Source: Candidatus Saccharimonadota bacterium | Lineage (GTDB): Bacteria; Patescibacteriota; Saccharimonadia; Saccharimonadales; JACDBH01 | Direction: 5' to 3' | Length of the DNA: 64,000 nucleotides | Assembly (NCBI GenBank): GCA_013694995.1 | Contig: JACDBH010000004.1 | Coordinates: forward strand, 192,995 to 256,994 | Part shown: positions 18,283-26,620 of the stretch, piece by piece | Numbering within the stretch: position 1 is the first letter of the stretch | How the letters are laid out: every line of letters begins with the position of its first letter | Made by a program: the position numbers and the translations under genes | Notes under the pieces: model-generated | Told to the model about the DNA's origin: nothing | Databases searched by the model: none | Seen by the model: the letters and a program-made list of their open reading frames with translations, nothing else

Positions 18283-19650
18283 TTATAGAGCGGTTTTACC
18301 AATATTATCGATGCTAGTTTTTATAAGATCTATCGTAAGGGCTGCGGTCCAGCTGAAATCGGCGGCACCCAAACCCTTGCCGTCCAGCGGTGAAAAATAC
18401 TCGTAAGGTCCGGATTTTTGTACCAGCTCGATTGACCGAACAGCTAAATCATCTGCTTCCTGTTTGAAGCCGTACCGGCGCAACCCGTCAATTATCAACC
18501 AGTTTGTATTAATCCAAGTTGGTCCCTGCCAGTAACGCTCTTCATTAAAAAATTTTGAGTTAAGCGGCACCGATGGAACAGGGTGATGTAGCCAATATGT
18601 CTTATGGTCTCTAAGCAAGTCGACTAGTTCTTTGGCATTGGCCTTTGAAATTGTACCCGCGTAGAGCGGCATAAAGGTACCGATACTGGGTTCTAGGATC
18701 AACTGATGAGTAATAAAATCCCGAGAATAGTATTGCTTAGTAGGTTCGTCATAAAGTTTCCCCAATGCTTCTTCTGTGTGACCAAACTTATCTAGCAGTT
18801 CGTCCGGAAGCTTGCGACGCAAAGAATTGGCAATAACTTTCAACTGAATGTTATTGCGCACCAATATACTATTAAAAGTTATATCCTGTGTACAAAATAG
18901 CGTACGATGCAGAATTTTATTAATATCGTAACGCTTTCGGCGCATCCGGCGTACTACGTCCCATAACATCAATGCCTCTAGGCTGGTGATGCGTTGTCCG
19001 GGAGGAACAGAACGGGTATCGCTACGGATAAAGTTCACTACCCACTCAGCGTGCAGCGTTTCGATTGCGGCTATCCACCATGGCCGGTTATGCTCATATA
19101 ACTGCATCATCCAGGGCGGTGTATTATCCAGGCCAACTTCATAGGGATGGATCTGTAAAGTCAATCCTTCGTTATGCGGATCGCGTTCAGCATACAACCA
19201 CTCGTGGTATTTGACTAATGGCTCGAACATGAACCGATAGAACTCACGCCGTAGATCAGTTGGTAATTTTTGTCCTACTTTAACAACAGCATCTGCTAAA
19301 ACAGGGGGCTGGGTAATCCCTGATGTAGCAGCGGTATCGGGCGCAAAGGGATTTAGCCAGCTGCGCCAAGCGTCCCTCTCAAGCCTGTGTTCGCGGCCAG
19401 TATTAAAAATCATATGAGGGATCATGCCGTTAGCCCACTGGCCTCCAACCAAGCCTGCCAGCTCTTCGGCTGCACGTTCAGGATTGGAATGCCTAAGGCC
19501 AATAGCAGTAAATGCGCTGTCCCACAGCCACTGGTGTGGATAGAAATTGGCCGGCGCGGTATGCCCGCCACGGTCATTTTGTTTTAACACTCCTACCATT
19601 CTGGTAGCAAGGTCGGTTTCGGGCGCTGTAGTATCAATATAAGAATCCAT
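18283..19650 (-). CDS. (alpha/alpha)6-barrel glycoside hydrolase, GH63/MGH1-like (trehalase or glucosyl-/mannosylglycerate hydrolase family)
   Basis: 455 aa. YPHQWLWDSAFTAIGL, GLDNTPPW, QGPTWINTNWL and FSWTAAL are typical of this fold. Substrate not assignable. Confidence 0.65.
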   Translation of the reverse strand: MDSYIDTTAPETDLATRMVGVLKQNDRGGHTAPANFYPHQWLWDSAFTAIGLRHSNPERAAEELAGLVGGQWANGMIPHMIFNTGREHRLERDAWRSWLNPFAPDTAATSGITQPPVLADAVVKVGQKLPTDLRREFYRFMFEPLVKYHEWLYAERDPHNEGLTLQIHPYEVGLDNTPPWMMQLYEHNRPWWIAAIETLHAEWVVNFIRSDTRSVPPGQRITSLEALMLWDVVRRMRRKRYDINKILHRTLFCTQDITFNSILVRNNIQLKVIANSLRRKLPDELLDKFGHTEEALGKLYDEPTKQYYSRDFITHQLILEPSIGTFMPLYAGTISKANAKELVDLLRDHKTYWLHHPVPSVPLNSKFFNEERYWQGPTWINTNWLIIDGLRRYGFKQEADDLAVRSIELVQKSGPYEYFSPLDGKGLGAADFSWTAALTIDLIKTSIDNIGKTAL

Positions 19651-19716
19651 TTATGCTTTAAAGTATAGCGTACAAGTTATTAGTTGAAAGGATAAACTTG
19701 CCTTTAATCCAAAAAC

Positions 19717-20214
19717 CTAACGGAAGTTTGTGAATTGTAACGGGAAGTCAAAGTCCGTCGTGCGTAGTACACCCATAATAGCCTGCAAATCATCCTTACT
19801 TGTGCTTGTTACTCTGACTTCTTCGCCCTGGATCTGGGTCTTGGCTTTCGGGAACTTTCCTCGGATTAAAGCCGTTATCTCCTTGGCTTTTTCTTGGTCC
19901 AGACCTTTCTTGAACGGAACTTCTTTGGCGGTCTTCATGTTATTAACAACTGACTGCTTGGTTGTGTCCAATATCTTTTGGGATTGGTTGCGGCCGGCAA
20001 GTTTCTTACGGACAATATCTAGAATAGAATCTATCTGCCAGTCACCATTACCAGTAATTTTTAGGCCTGATTTATAATCGTCGAGCCACTCCACGGCAGC
20101 GGGCGTTCCTTTGAAATCATATCTGCTTACAAGTTCACGTTGTGTTTGGTCATAAACGTTGTTTAACTCCGACTTATCATAGTCTGATACGATATCGAAT
20201 GAAAAAGTAGCCAT
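19717..20214 (-). CDS. yajQ: YajQ family nucleotide-binding protein (UPF0234)
   Basis: 165 aa. FDIVSDYDKSELNNVYDQTQRELVSRYDFKG is the family N-terminal signature. Confidence 0.85.
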   Translation of the reverse strand: MATFSFDIVSDYDKSELNNVYDQTQRELVSRYDFKGTPAAVEWLDDYKSGLKITGNGDWQIDSILDIVRKKLAGRNQSQKILDTTKQSVVNNMKTAKEVPFKKGLDQEKAKEITALIRGKFPKAKTQIQGEEVRVTSTSKDDLQAIMGVLRTTDFDFPLQFTNFR

Positions 20215-20236
20215 AGCTGTATTATAATCAGTAGTA

Positions 20237-21262
20237 ATGAGTTACCAAAACCCAGATGTTGCCCGCGTGGCCGAAGAGCTTATGGCTAAGCTTGACAGCC
20301 TACCTGATAAAAAGCTTATTCTTCGTGATCCTTTGCTGCGTGGTCTATTTGATCAACTGAAAACTTTGCCCCCACAAGAACGTGCATTATTTGGGAAAGA
20401 AGTCAACGAGCTTCGTTTAAAACTAAATTCGTTAGCTGGCGATGGCATTGTAATAGAAGAACAACTCCCCATCGATATCACAGCGCCTTGGGACGTAAAC
20501 ACCCCCGTCGACAAGATGCCAGACTTTTTCCCGACTGAACAAGGCAGCATACATCCTCTGATGCAGGAAATTGAATCAATCTGTAATATTTACCAGCGTA
20601 TGGGATTCATGGTGGAAGAGTCGCGCGAAATTGATGATGATTTCCATATGTTCGAGAGTCTCAATTTCCCTGCAGGCCATCCAGCCCGTGACGATTACGA
20701 CACATTCATGACCGACGAAGGGCTGATTGCACCCGCCCACACCAGTACTATGCAGAACAGGGTGCTAAAAAAATACAAAGATAGCTTGGAGCAGGGCGAG
20801 CCGATTGCTGTTGTCATACCGGGGCGGGTGTTTAGAAACGAAGACCTCGACGTAACGCACGAACATACCTTCTATCAGCTCGAGGGAGTATATGTAGGCG
20901 AGGGCGTAAATGTTGGCAACCTGATTGCCACGCTTGGCGCCTTCATGAATGAGTATTTTAGCCAGCAGTTAAAAACCAAGCTGCAACCATTTTATTTCCC
21001 GTTCACCGAGCCTAGCTTTGAATTTGCTATTGAGCGGCCAACGGCACTAAAAAAAGGCAATACCGAAGCAGACCAGTGGTTGGAGCTACTTGGATGCGGC
21101 ATGATCCATCCTAAAGTACTTAAAATGGCTGATATAGACCCAGAAATTTACACCGGTTTTGCATGGGGTGGTGGCATCGAACGTCTGGTAATGATGAAAC
21201 ACGGCATTGAGGATATCCGTCACTTCGAATCCGGCAAACTGGAATTTTTGAGGCAATTTTAA
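20237..21262 (+). CDS. pheS: phenylalanine--tRNA ligase alpha subunit
   Basis: 341 aa. Class II motifs FPAGHPARD, GRVFRNE, GFAWGGGIERLVM. Confidence 0.95.
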   Translation: MSYQNPDVARVAEELMAKLDSLPDKKLILRDPLLRGLFDQLKTLPPQERALFGKEVNELRLKLNSLAGDGIVIEEQLPIDITAPWDVNTPVDKMPDFFPTEQGSIHPLMQEIESICNIYQRMGFMVEESREIDDDFHMFESLNFPAGHPARDDYDTFMTDEGLIAPAHTSTMQNRVLKKYKDSLEQGEPIAVVIPGRVFRNEDLDVTHEHTFYQLEGVYVGEGVNVGNLIATLGAFMNEYFSQQLKTKLQPFYFPFTEPSFEFAIERPTALKKGNTEADQWLELLGCGMIHPKVLKMADIDPEIYTGFAWGGGIERLVMMKHGIEDIRHFESGKLEFLRQF

Positions 21263-23776
21263 ATGAAAGTTAGTATTAATTTAGCCCAGGAATTTAGTAA
21301 TGTCGATCTCAAGAGTATTCCTCGTGATGAATTATTACAGCGGGTTGGCGCACAGCTTGGCGCAGTCGAAGAAGTCATTGATTGGGCGCCGAAATATGAA
21401 GGCATAATCATAGTAAAAGTCATAACCTGCGCTAGTCATCCGGATGCAGATAAGCTCAGTGTCTGTACTATTGACGACGGGGGTATTACACCCGATGTCA
21501 ATAGGGGTGAAAATAATCTCATTCAGGTAGTCTGTGGTGCGCCAAATGTGTACGCGGGCATGTTTGCGGTATGGCTACCACCAGGTACTATTGTGCCAAA
21601 TACTCTGAATACTGACCCATTCGTGCTTGAGGCCCGCGAAATTCGCGGTGTTGTATCCAATGGCATGTTGGCAAGTGCTAAAGAACTGGTAATATCAGAT
21701 GACCATGAGGGTGTAGTTGAACTTAACCGAAAAGAAGTTGGTTTCGAGCCAAAAATCGGTGAACCGCTGACAAATTATTTTGGCATGGACGATTTTATTA
21801 TCGATTGCGAGAACAAAATGTTTACTCACCGTCCAGATTGTTTTGGCAATCTTGGTGTTGCCCGCGAACTAGCTGGCATTAATGGACTAGCATTCAAATC
21901 GCCGGATTGGTATATTAAACCACATTTTGAAGATTTCCAAGACCAGGTCTTGGAAATCTTAGTAGAGAATAAAATACCGGATTTAGTGCCGCGGTTTATG
22001 GCTGTAGTAATGAAGAATATAGAAGTTAAAAAAAGCCCAGTTTGGCTGCAAGCTTTGTTGACCAGGGTAGGCATCAAACCGATTAATAATGTGGTCGATG
22101 TGACAAATTACATCATGCATCTGACAGCTCAGCCGCTGCATGCATTTGACTACGATAAGCTCAAAGTATATTCAAACGAGCCTAGCTTGATGCCACGTAT
22201 GAGCAAAAAAGGTGAAAAGCTAAAGCTACTCGGCCAAAAAGAAATCGAACTTACCGGTGAGGAAATAGTAATTGCTACCGACAAGCAGGCAATCGCACTT
22301 GCAGGGGTTATGGGAGGGGCGGATACAGAAGTTGACGAAAATACCAATAATATTGTAATCGAGTGCGCCTCATTTGATATGTATTCTGTCCGCCGAACAA
22401 GTATGCGCTACGGCCTATTTACTGATGCCGTCACTAGGTTTAACAAAAGTCAGAGCCCATTGCAGAACAATGTTGTGCTTGCGTTTGCGATGAAAAAAAT
22501 GCATGAATTTGCAGGTGCAGAGCAAGCCAGCGACGTTGCCGATATTCATGGCGATCTCAAAAGCCCGGTTGCCTTAGTGGTTGGAGTGGATTTTATAAAT
22601 GCACGGCTTGGTTCAAATTTGAGCGCTGATGAAATGTCACAGCTCCTTAATAATGTAGAAATTGAAACACATACAAAAGATAACAATATTCATATTGTCG
22701 CGCCTTTCTGGCGCATGGATATTATTTTACCAGAGGATATTGTCGAAGAGGTTGGGCGGCTATATGGCTATGATAAATTGCCCGTTAAACTGCCAAAACG
22801 AACTATTAAACCTGCCAAGAAAAGTGAACTGCTAGAGTTTAAACATAATATGCGCCAGCGTTTGGCTGCGGTTGGCGCTAATGAAGTAATTACTTACAGC
22901 TTTATTCACGGCGATTTGCTAAAGAAAACTGGCATTGATCCTGACAGATGGGCCTACCACGTCCGTAACGCGATTAGTCCGGACTTACAATATTACCGCC
23001 CGAGCCTCATGCCCAGTCTACTTGCAAAAGTTCATGCAAACATAAAGTCCCAGGCCGGCAGTGATGATAACCGGTTTGCAATTTTTGAAATAGGTAAAGC
23101 CCATGTTAAAGGCCATGAAGACGCAGAAAAGTTGCCCGAACAAATGGATCGGCTGGCGCTCGTAGTTACTGCCGATGATAAGACTGCGAAACGGTATCAT
23201 TTTGGAGCATCATATTACTTGGCAAGGAAATATTTACAGGTAATCACGAAAAGTCAGGATGAAATTACCATCCTGGAGGATGATTCTTATTCTGTCACTG
23301 CACCTTTCCAAAAAGGCCGTAGCAGTATTATCGCTGTCAACGGTGTACTTTTGGGCGTCATTGGCGAGTTCAGGCCGGAAGTTCGCAGCGCCCTTAAACT
23401 GCCGGAATATTCTGCCGGTTTTGAAATCGACCTGAATCTGTTGCAAAAGCAACTTAGGGCTCAGATATACCAGCCGCTCAATCCATATCCTAAATCCCAG
23501 CAGGATTTAACCTTAGAAGTCGAAACTTCCGTCCTGTGGGATGCAGTACAAAAAGAACTTTTTAAAACCCTAGCTTTTATTAAGAATGAGCAAGGCTATA
23601 ACTTTGAAATAGTTCCAAAAGACATTTTTTCTCGAGCAGAATCAGAAAAGAAGCGCCTTACTTTTCGTATAGGTCTCTCTCATCCAGAAAAAACCCTTAA
23701 AACAGAAGAAGTTAACAAACTAATTGAGCGCTTAGCCGAAGTCGCCGGCAAACAATTTAACGCGCTCAGGATATAG
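21263..23776 (+). CDS. pheT: phenylalanine--tRNA ligase beta subunit
   Basis: 837 aa, starting 1 nt after the pheS stop. tRNA-binding, B3/4, B5 and FDX-ACB domain order recognisable. Confidence 0.95.
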   Translation: MKVSINLAQEFSNVDLKSIPRDELLQRVGAQLGAVEEVIDWAPKYEGIIIVKVITCASHPDADKLSVCTIDDGGITPDVNRGENNLIQVVCGAPNVYAGMFAVWLPPGTIVPNTLNTDPFVLEAREIRGVVSNGMLASAKELVISDDHEGVVELNRKEVGFEPKIGEPLTNYFGMDDFIIDCENKMFTHRPDCFGNLGVARELAGINGLAFKSPDWYIKPHFEDFQDQVLEILVENKIPDLVPRFMAVVMKNIEVKKSPVWLQALLTRVGIKPINNVVDVTNYIMHLTAQPLHAFDYDKLKVYSNEPSLMPRMSKKGEKLKLLGQKEIELTGEEIVIATDKQAIALAGVMGGADTEVDENTNNIVIECASFDMYSVRRTSMRYGLFTDAVTRFNKSQSPLQNNVVLAFAMKKMHEFAGAEQASDVADIHGDLKSPVALVVGVDFINARLGSNLSADEMSQLLNNVEIETHTKDNNIHIVAPFWRMDIILPEDIVEEVGRLYGYDKLPVKLPKRTIKPAKKSELLEFKHNMRQRLAAVGANEVITYSFIHGDLLKKTGIDPDRWAYHVRNAISPDLQYYRPSLMPSLLAKVHANIKSQAGSDDNRFAIFEIGKAHVKGHEDAEKLPEQMDRLALVVTADDKTAKRYHFGASYYLARKYLQVITKSQDEITILEDDSYSVTAPFQKGRSSIIAVNGVLLGVIGEFRPEVRSALKLPEYSAGFEIDLNLLQKQLRAQIYQPLNPYPKSQQDLTLEVETSVLWDAVQKELFKTLAFIKNEQGYNFEIVPKDIFSRAESEKKRLTFRIGLSHPEKTLKTEEVNKLIERLAEVAGKQFNALRI

Positions 23777-23778
23777 CA

Positions 23779-25596
23779 GTGAAAAAGCTGGTAGTATTTT
23801 TGTTTCTGGCCTTTGCGGCGGGAATAACAATGCTGTTTCCAGGTGCTGCATACGCCGATGTTAACGATTTTGTCATCAACGATTTTTCGGCGGAATATTA
23901 CCTTAGTAATGCCGATTCACAAGGTTTTGTAATTGTAAGAGAAAAAATAGAGCTTACATTTAGTGACAATAATCATGGTATTTTGAGGGCATTACCAAAT
24001 ACCTATAAGGATAAACGGCTGCATCTTGATGTGGTCGATGTACGATACGGCGATGGCAGCAGTATACCGTATACGGAATATGAAGAAAACGACAACACGG
24101 TACTTAAAATTGGCGATGCCAACAAAACCGTTACTGGTAAGCAAGTTTATGAAATTGATTATTCGTATAAGAATGTCATAACCTTTTATGAAGGCTACGA
24201 TGAGTTTTATTGGGATATCAATGGTGACGACTGGGATCAACCGGTTGAGCACGTTCGAGCTAGGTTGTATCTAGACGAGGCGCTGGAATTACAACCAAAT
24301 AAACTTAAATGTTTTAGCGGTAGCTACGGTGAACAGCAACAAAACTGCAAAATTACATCAAGTAACAGCATAACTGATGTATTGAGATTAAGTGGCCAAG
24401 ATTTGGTAGAAAGAACCTACGATACAGTCATAATAGCTGAAACAATTGCAGCATTGCAGCCTAATCAGACACTCACAGTTATTGCAGTAACTGATAAGTC
24501 CTATTTTATGCCAGAAACAACTGGCGAACGATTACTAGGTATAATTCCGCATTTAATAAAGTTTATAATTCCACCCATTCTACTAGGTGGTTATGCAGTA
24601 CGTCACTGGCTAAGGGTTGGTCGCGATCCTAGAGGTAAGCGCACTATCGTTCCGGAGTATGAAGCACCTTTTAATTTACGACCCGCCGAAATCGGTGTGC
24701 TGGCTGATTTTAAAGTCGACCATAAGGACATTAGCGCGACGATAATTGATTTGGCTGTTCGCGGTTATATAAAAATAATTGAAGAGAAAAAAATCCGCAA
24801 ATTGCGCCGAGATATCTTAGTGTATTCTTATGAACTAATGAATATTGACGCCTCAGGACTTTTGGATTACGAAAAAACAATACTTATAGGTATTTTTGGA
24901 TCAAATCTGATTCTTGGTACAGTTGTCACGCTAGAGAGCCTTAAAAACAAATTTTATACCTCAGTTGCAGCCGCCCAGAAAGAAATAACAAAAAAAGTAG
25001 TATCAGATGGCCTATTTGCAGGAAATCCTCTAACTGCGGGTTATCGACTATGGGTCTTAATGGTACTTTCAATTATTACTACTAGCATATTAGGGCCCAG
25101 GCTTGGAGTTTCGTTTGTTGGGGGAATGATAATAACAATAATAATCATTCTATTCTGTGCTTTAGCAATGCCAGCCCGCACATTAAAAGGGGTAGAAGCA
25201 AAGGAAAAAGCCGAGGGGTTAAAGCTCTATATTCAAACTGCCGAAGCTGATCGGATTAAGATGATGCAAAGCCCCGACGCTAAATACAATCAAACTTCCG
25301 GGCCTAAAAGATCAGTGGAATTATTTGAAAAACTGCTACCATACGCAGCGGTATTTGGGGTGGAAAAGCAATGGGCGGCTGAGTTTAAAGATATTTATCA
25401 GACGCCACCGAAGTGGTTTAGTGGTAACTACAATGCATTCAGCACAGGTTATCTGGCTGGTGCGTTAACAGGTGGCATGAATACGGCAATGGCTGCATCT
25501 TTTGCTGCACCTGGTAATTCAGGTAGTTCCGGCTTCAGTGGTGGCGGAGGGTTCTCGGGAGGAGGCGGCGGTGGTGGCGGTGGTGGCGGATGGTAA
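23779..25596 (+). CDS. DUF2207 domain-containing membrane protein with poly-Gly C-terminus
   Basis: 605 aa. Signal peptide, extracellular N-domain, several TMs, C-terminal SGFSGGGGFSGGGGGGGGGGGW typical of DUF2207. Confidence 0.75.
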   Translation: MKKLVVFLFLAFAAGITMLFPGAAYADVNDFVINDFSAEYYLSNADSQGFVIVREKIELTFSDNNHGILRALPNTYKDKRLHLDVVDVRYGDGSSIPYTEYEENDNTVLKIGDANKTVTGKQVYEIDYSYKNVITFYEGYDEFYWDINGDDWDQPVEHVRARLYLDEALELQPNKLKCFSGSYGEQQQNCKITSSNSITDVLRLSGQDLVERTYDTVIIAETIAALQPNQTLTVIAVTDKSYFMPETTGERLLGIIPHLIKFIIPPILLGGYAVRHWLRVGRDPRGKRTIVPEYEAPFNLRPAEIGVLADFKVDHKDISATIIDLAVRGYIKIIEEKKIRKLRRDILVYSYELMNIDASGLLDYEKTILIGIFGSNLILGTVVTLESLKNKFYTSVAAAQKEITKKVVSDGLFAGNPLTAGYRLWVLMVLSIITTSILGPRLGVSFVGGMIITIIIILFCALAMPARTLKGVEAKEKAEGLKLYIQTAEADRIKMMQSPDAKYNQTSGPKRSVELFEKLLPYAAVFGVEKQWAAEFKDIYQTPPKWFSGNYNAFSTGYLAGALTGGMNTAMAASFAAPGNSGSSGFSGGGGFSGGGGGGGGGGGW

Positions 25597-25599
25597 GAC

Positions 25600-25627
25600 T
25601 TGCAATTATTTTTTCTGGCGGTATAAT
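25600..25627 (+). promoter_or_regulatory. near-consensus sigma70-type promoter
   Basis: TTGCAA (25600-25605), 16-nt spacer, TATAAT (25622-25627). It begins 4 nt after the DUF2207 stop and faces the gene-free interval. Confidence 0.4.
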
Positions 25628-25633
25628 ATCTCC

Positions 25634-26536
25634 AGTTTTCGGTTGAGTTTTACTCCCGATAACGTCCTTTAACAGGCGTGGAAAATAAATCGTTAATATA
25701 AAAAAGAGCATGTTTAGGTAGCAGTCCAAACTCATAATTGTGAGCTGGGATTGCTATCTAAGCAAAAAATTCGACTCGACTCCGCATCTTAAGTAGTCAG
25801 ATGAAAGGATGGTCGACCAAGCCCACTCGAAGCCAGTGCAGCTACAACTGCTTCGGATAATTCTTGTGGGTAAGGACTGAGGTGCTACTTGCATACGGAC
25901 TCCGTATGTGAAAGTACGGGCATTACTGTAGGTGACGATGTGTAAAATATCTTTGCGTCATTCTATAGTGTATGTGCCTGCAGGATTTATTCCTGGCACC
26001 TCGCAATCTGCTGGAGAGAAAGAAATAGAACGTAGTAATCGCAGTTTAGGGTCCATCCCCAATCCCTGCCGGGACTCGGAACGCAGTTACTTCCTATTTA
26101 AACTCAATAGACCTTAACTGGTCTTTGGAGTACTTTCTCTCCAGCACCTTCGCGGCAACAATCGCTTAGACTGTTGTCCAGTTCCGGGCTCCCTGGTCAG
26201 CCTTGCTGATTGCTGTCCCGTCGGCTGGCGAGTGCAGATCGGGGAGCCCGACCAATTGTTCCTACAAAATGAAAGAAGGTGATCGATTTGGCTCCCAGGC
26301 CAGGTCAGAGAGGTTGCAAAGGTTGCTGCAATTCTTGTCGCGGCCAAGTGGGGCGCAGTGGACTGGGAGGCTTGAGCCGACCCACCTGCCGTGCCTGCAA
26401 CAATACTGGTCACACCCGAGGATGCGTGGAGCGCCCCCGCGGTTCCTGACCTTCAAAAAATGACGATTCAGTAAGCTTCGGCTTAAAAAGCTTTAGGCTC
26501 ACCCCTAATCTTTTGCTTCCACGCCTGTTCGTCACC
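25634..26536 (+). ncRNA. candidate large structured non-coding RNA, unknown class
   Basis: No credible CDS in 1,024 nt. 59% G+C by hand count over 26141-26460. Nested perfect helices of 13, 14, 10, 10, 9, 7 and 7 bp, a UUCG tetraloop hairpin, and G-U wobbles that only work on the + strand. Ends and strand are uncertain. Confidence 0.4.
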
Positions 26537-26620
26537 CGGCTTCATCAATATGATTGGTGGTTCCAGGTGACGATAGGTTCTCAATAATTCTAGAAAGCGC
26601 TATACTTATCTACAAAGTAG

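Noticed and set aside
25520-25596. GGTGGCGG-rich repeat at the end of the DUF2207 gene as a tandem repeat or slippage hotspot.
   Set aside because: It simply encodes the poly-Gly C-terminal tail that is characteristic of DUF2207 proteins. It is coding low complexity, not an independent repeat element.
25891-25920. CCGUAUGUGAAAGUACGG resembles the outer stem and GAAA region of group II intron domain V.
   Set aside because: The element has only a single 6-bp stem. It lacks the second stem, the 2-nt bulge and the AGC triad of the 34-nt D5. There is no GUGYG 5' end, no RT/maturase ORF and no exon context.
25932-26463. ORFs 25932-26117 (+), 26203-26463 (+), 26114-26413 (-) and 26262-26456 (-) as real genes.
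   Set aside because: They overlap one another on both strands and lack SD sequences. Their Arg/Pro/Cys/Trp-rich compositions are typical of random frames through GC-rich sequence. No motifs were recognised.
25671-26529. The 13-bp inverted repeats could be terminal inverted repeats of a non-autonomous transposon (MITE).
   Set aside because: This is not fully excluded, but there is no flanking direct target-site duplication (…CGTCCTTT|IR versus IR|CGTCACCC). There is no transposase remnant. The interior is filled with additional nested helices and G-U wobbles, which a MITE does not need. A genome-wide copy count would settle it.
25741-26560. Possible tmRNA, RNase P RNA or SRP RNA in the GC-rich gene-free interval.
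   Set aside because: Neither strand has a GGGG...UCCACCA acceptor pairing, a GGUUCGAnUCC T-arm or an ...ALAA-stop tag frame, so tmRNA is excluded. There is no GAGGAAAGUCC / ACAGAAnCCGGCUUA P4 element (RNase P) and no GUCAGGUCCGGAAGGAAGCAGC domain IV (SRP). Partial look-alikes (UCCGGGCUCC, CCAGGUCAG, AAUUCGAC) are too short and in the wrong context.
26552-26573. UGGUGGUUCCAGG resembles the T-box core (GGUGGUACCGCG) upstream of an ABC transporter.
   Set aside because: I could find no Stem I/specifier loop, AG bulge or distal-loop motifs and no terminator U-tract. The downstream gene is an MsbA-type exporter, not an aminoacyl-tRNA synthetase or amino-acid importer.
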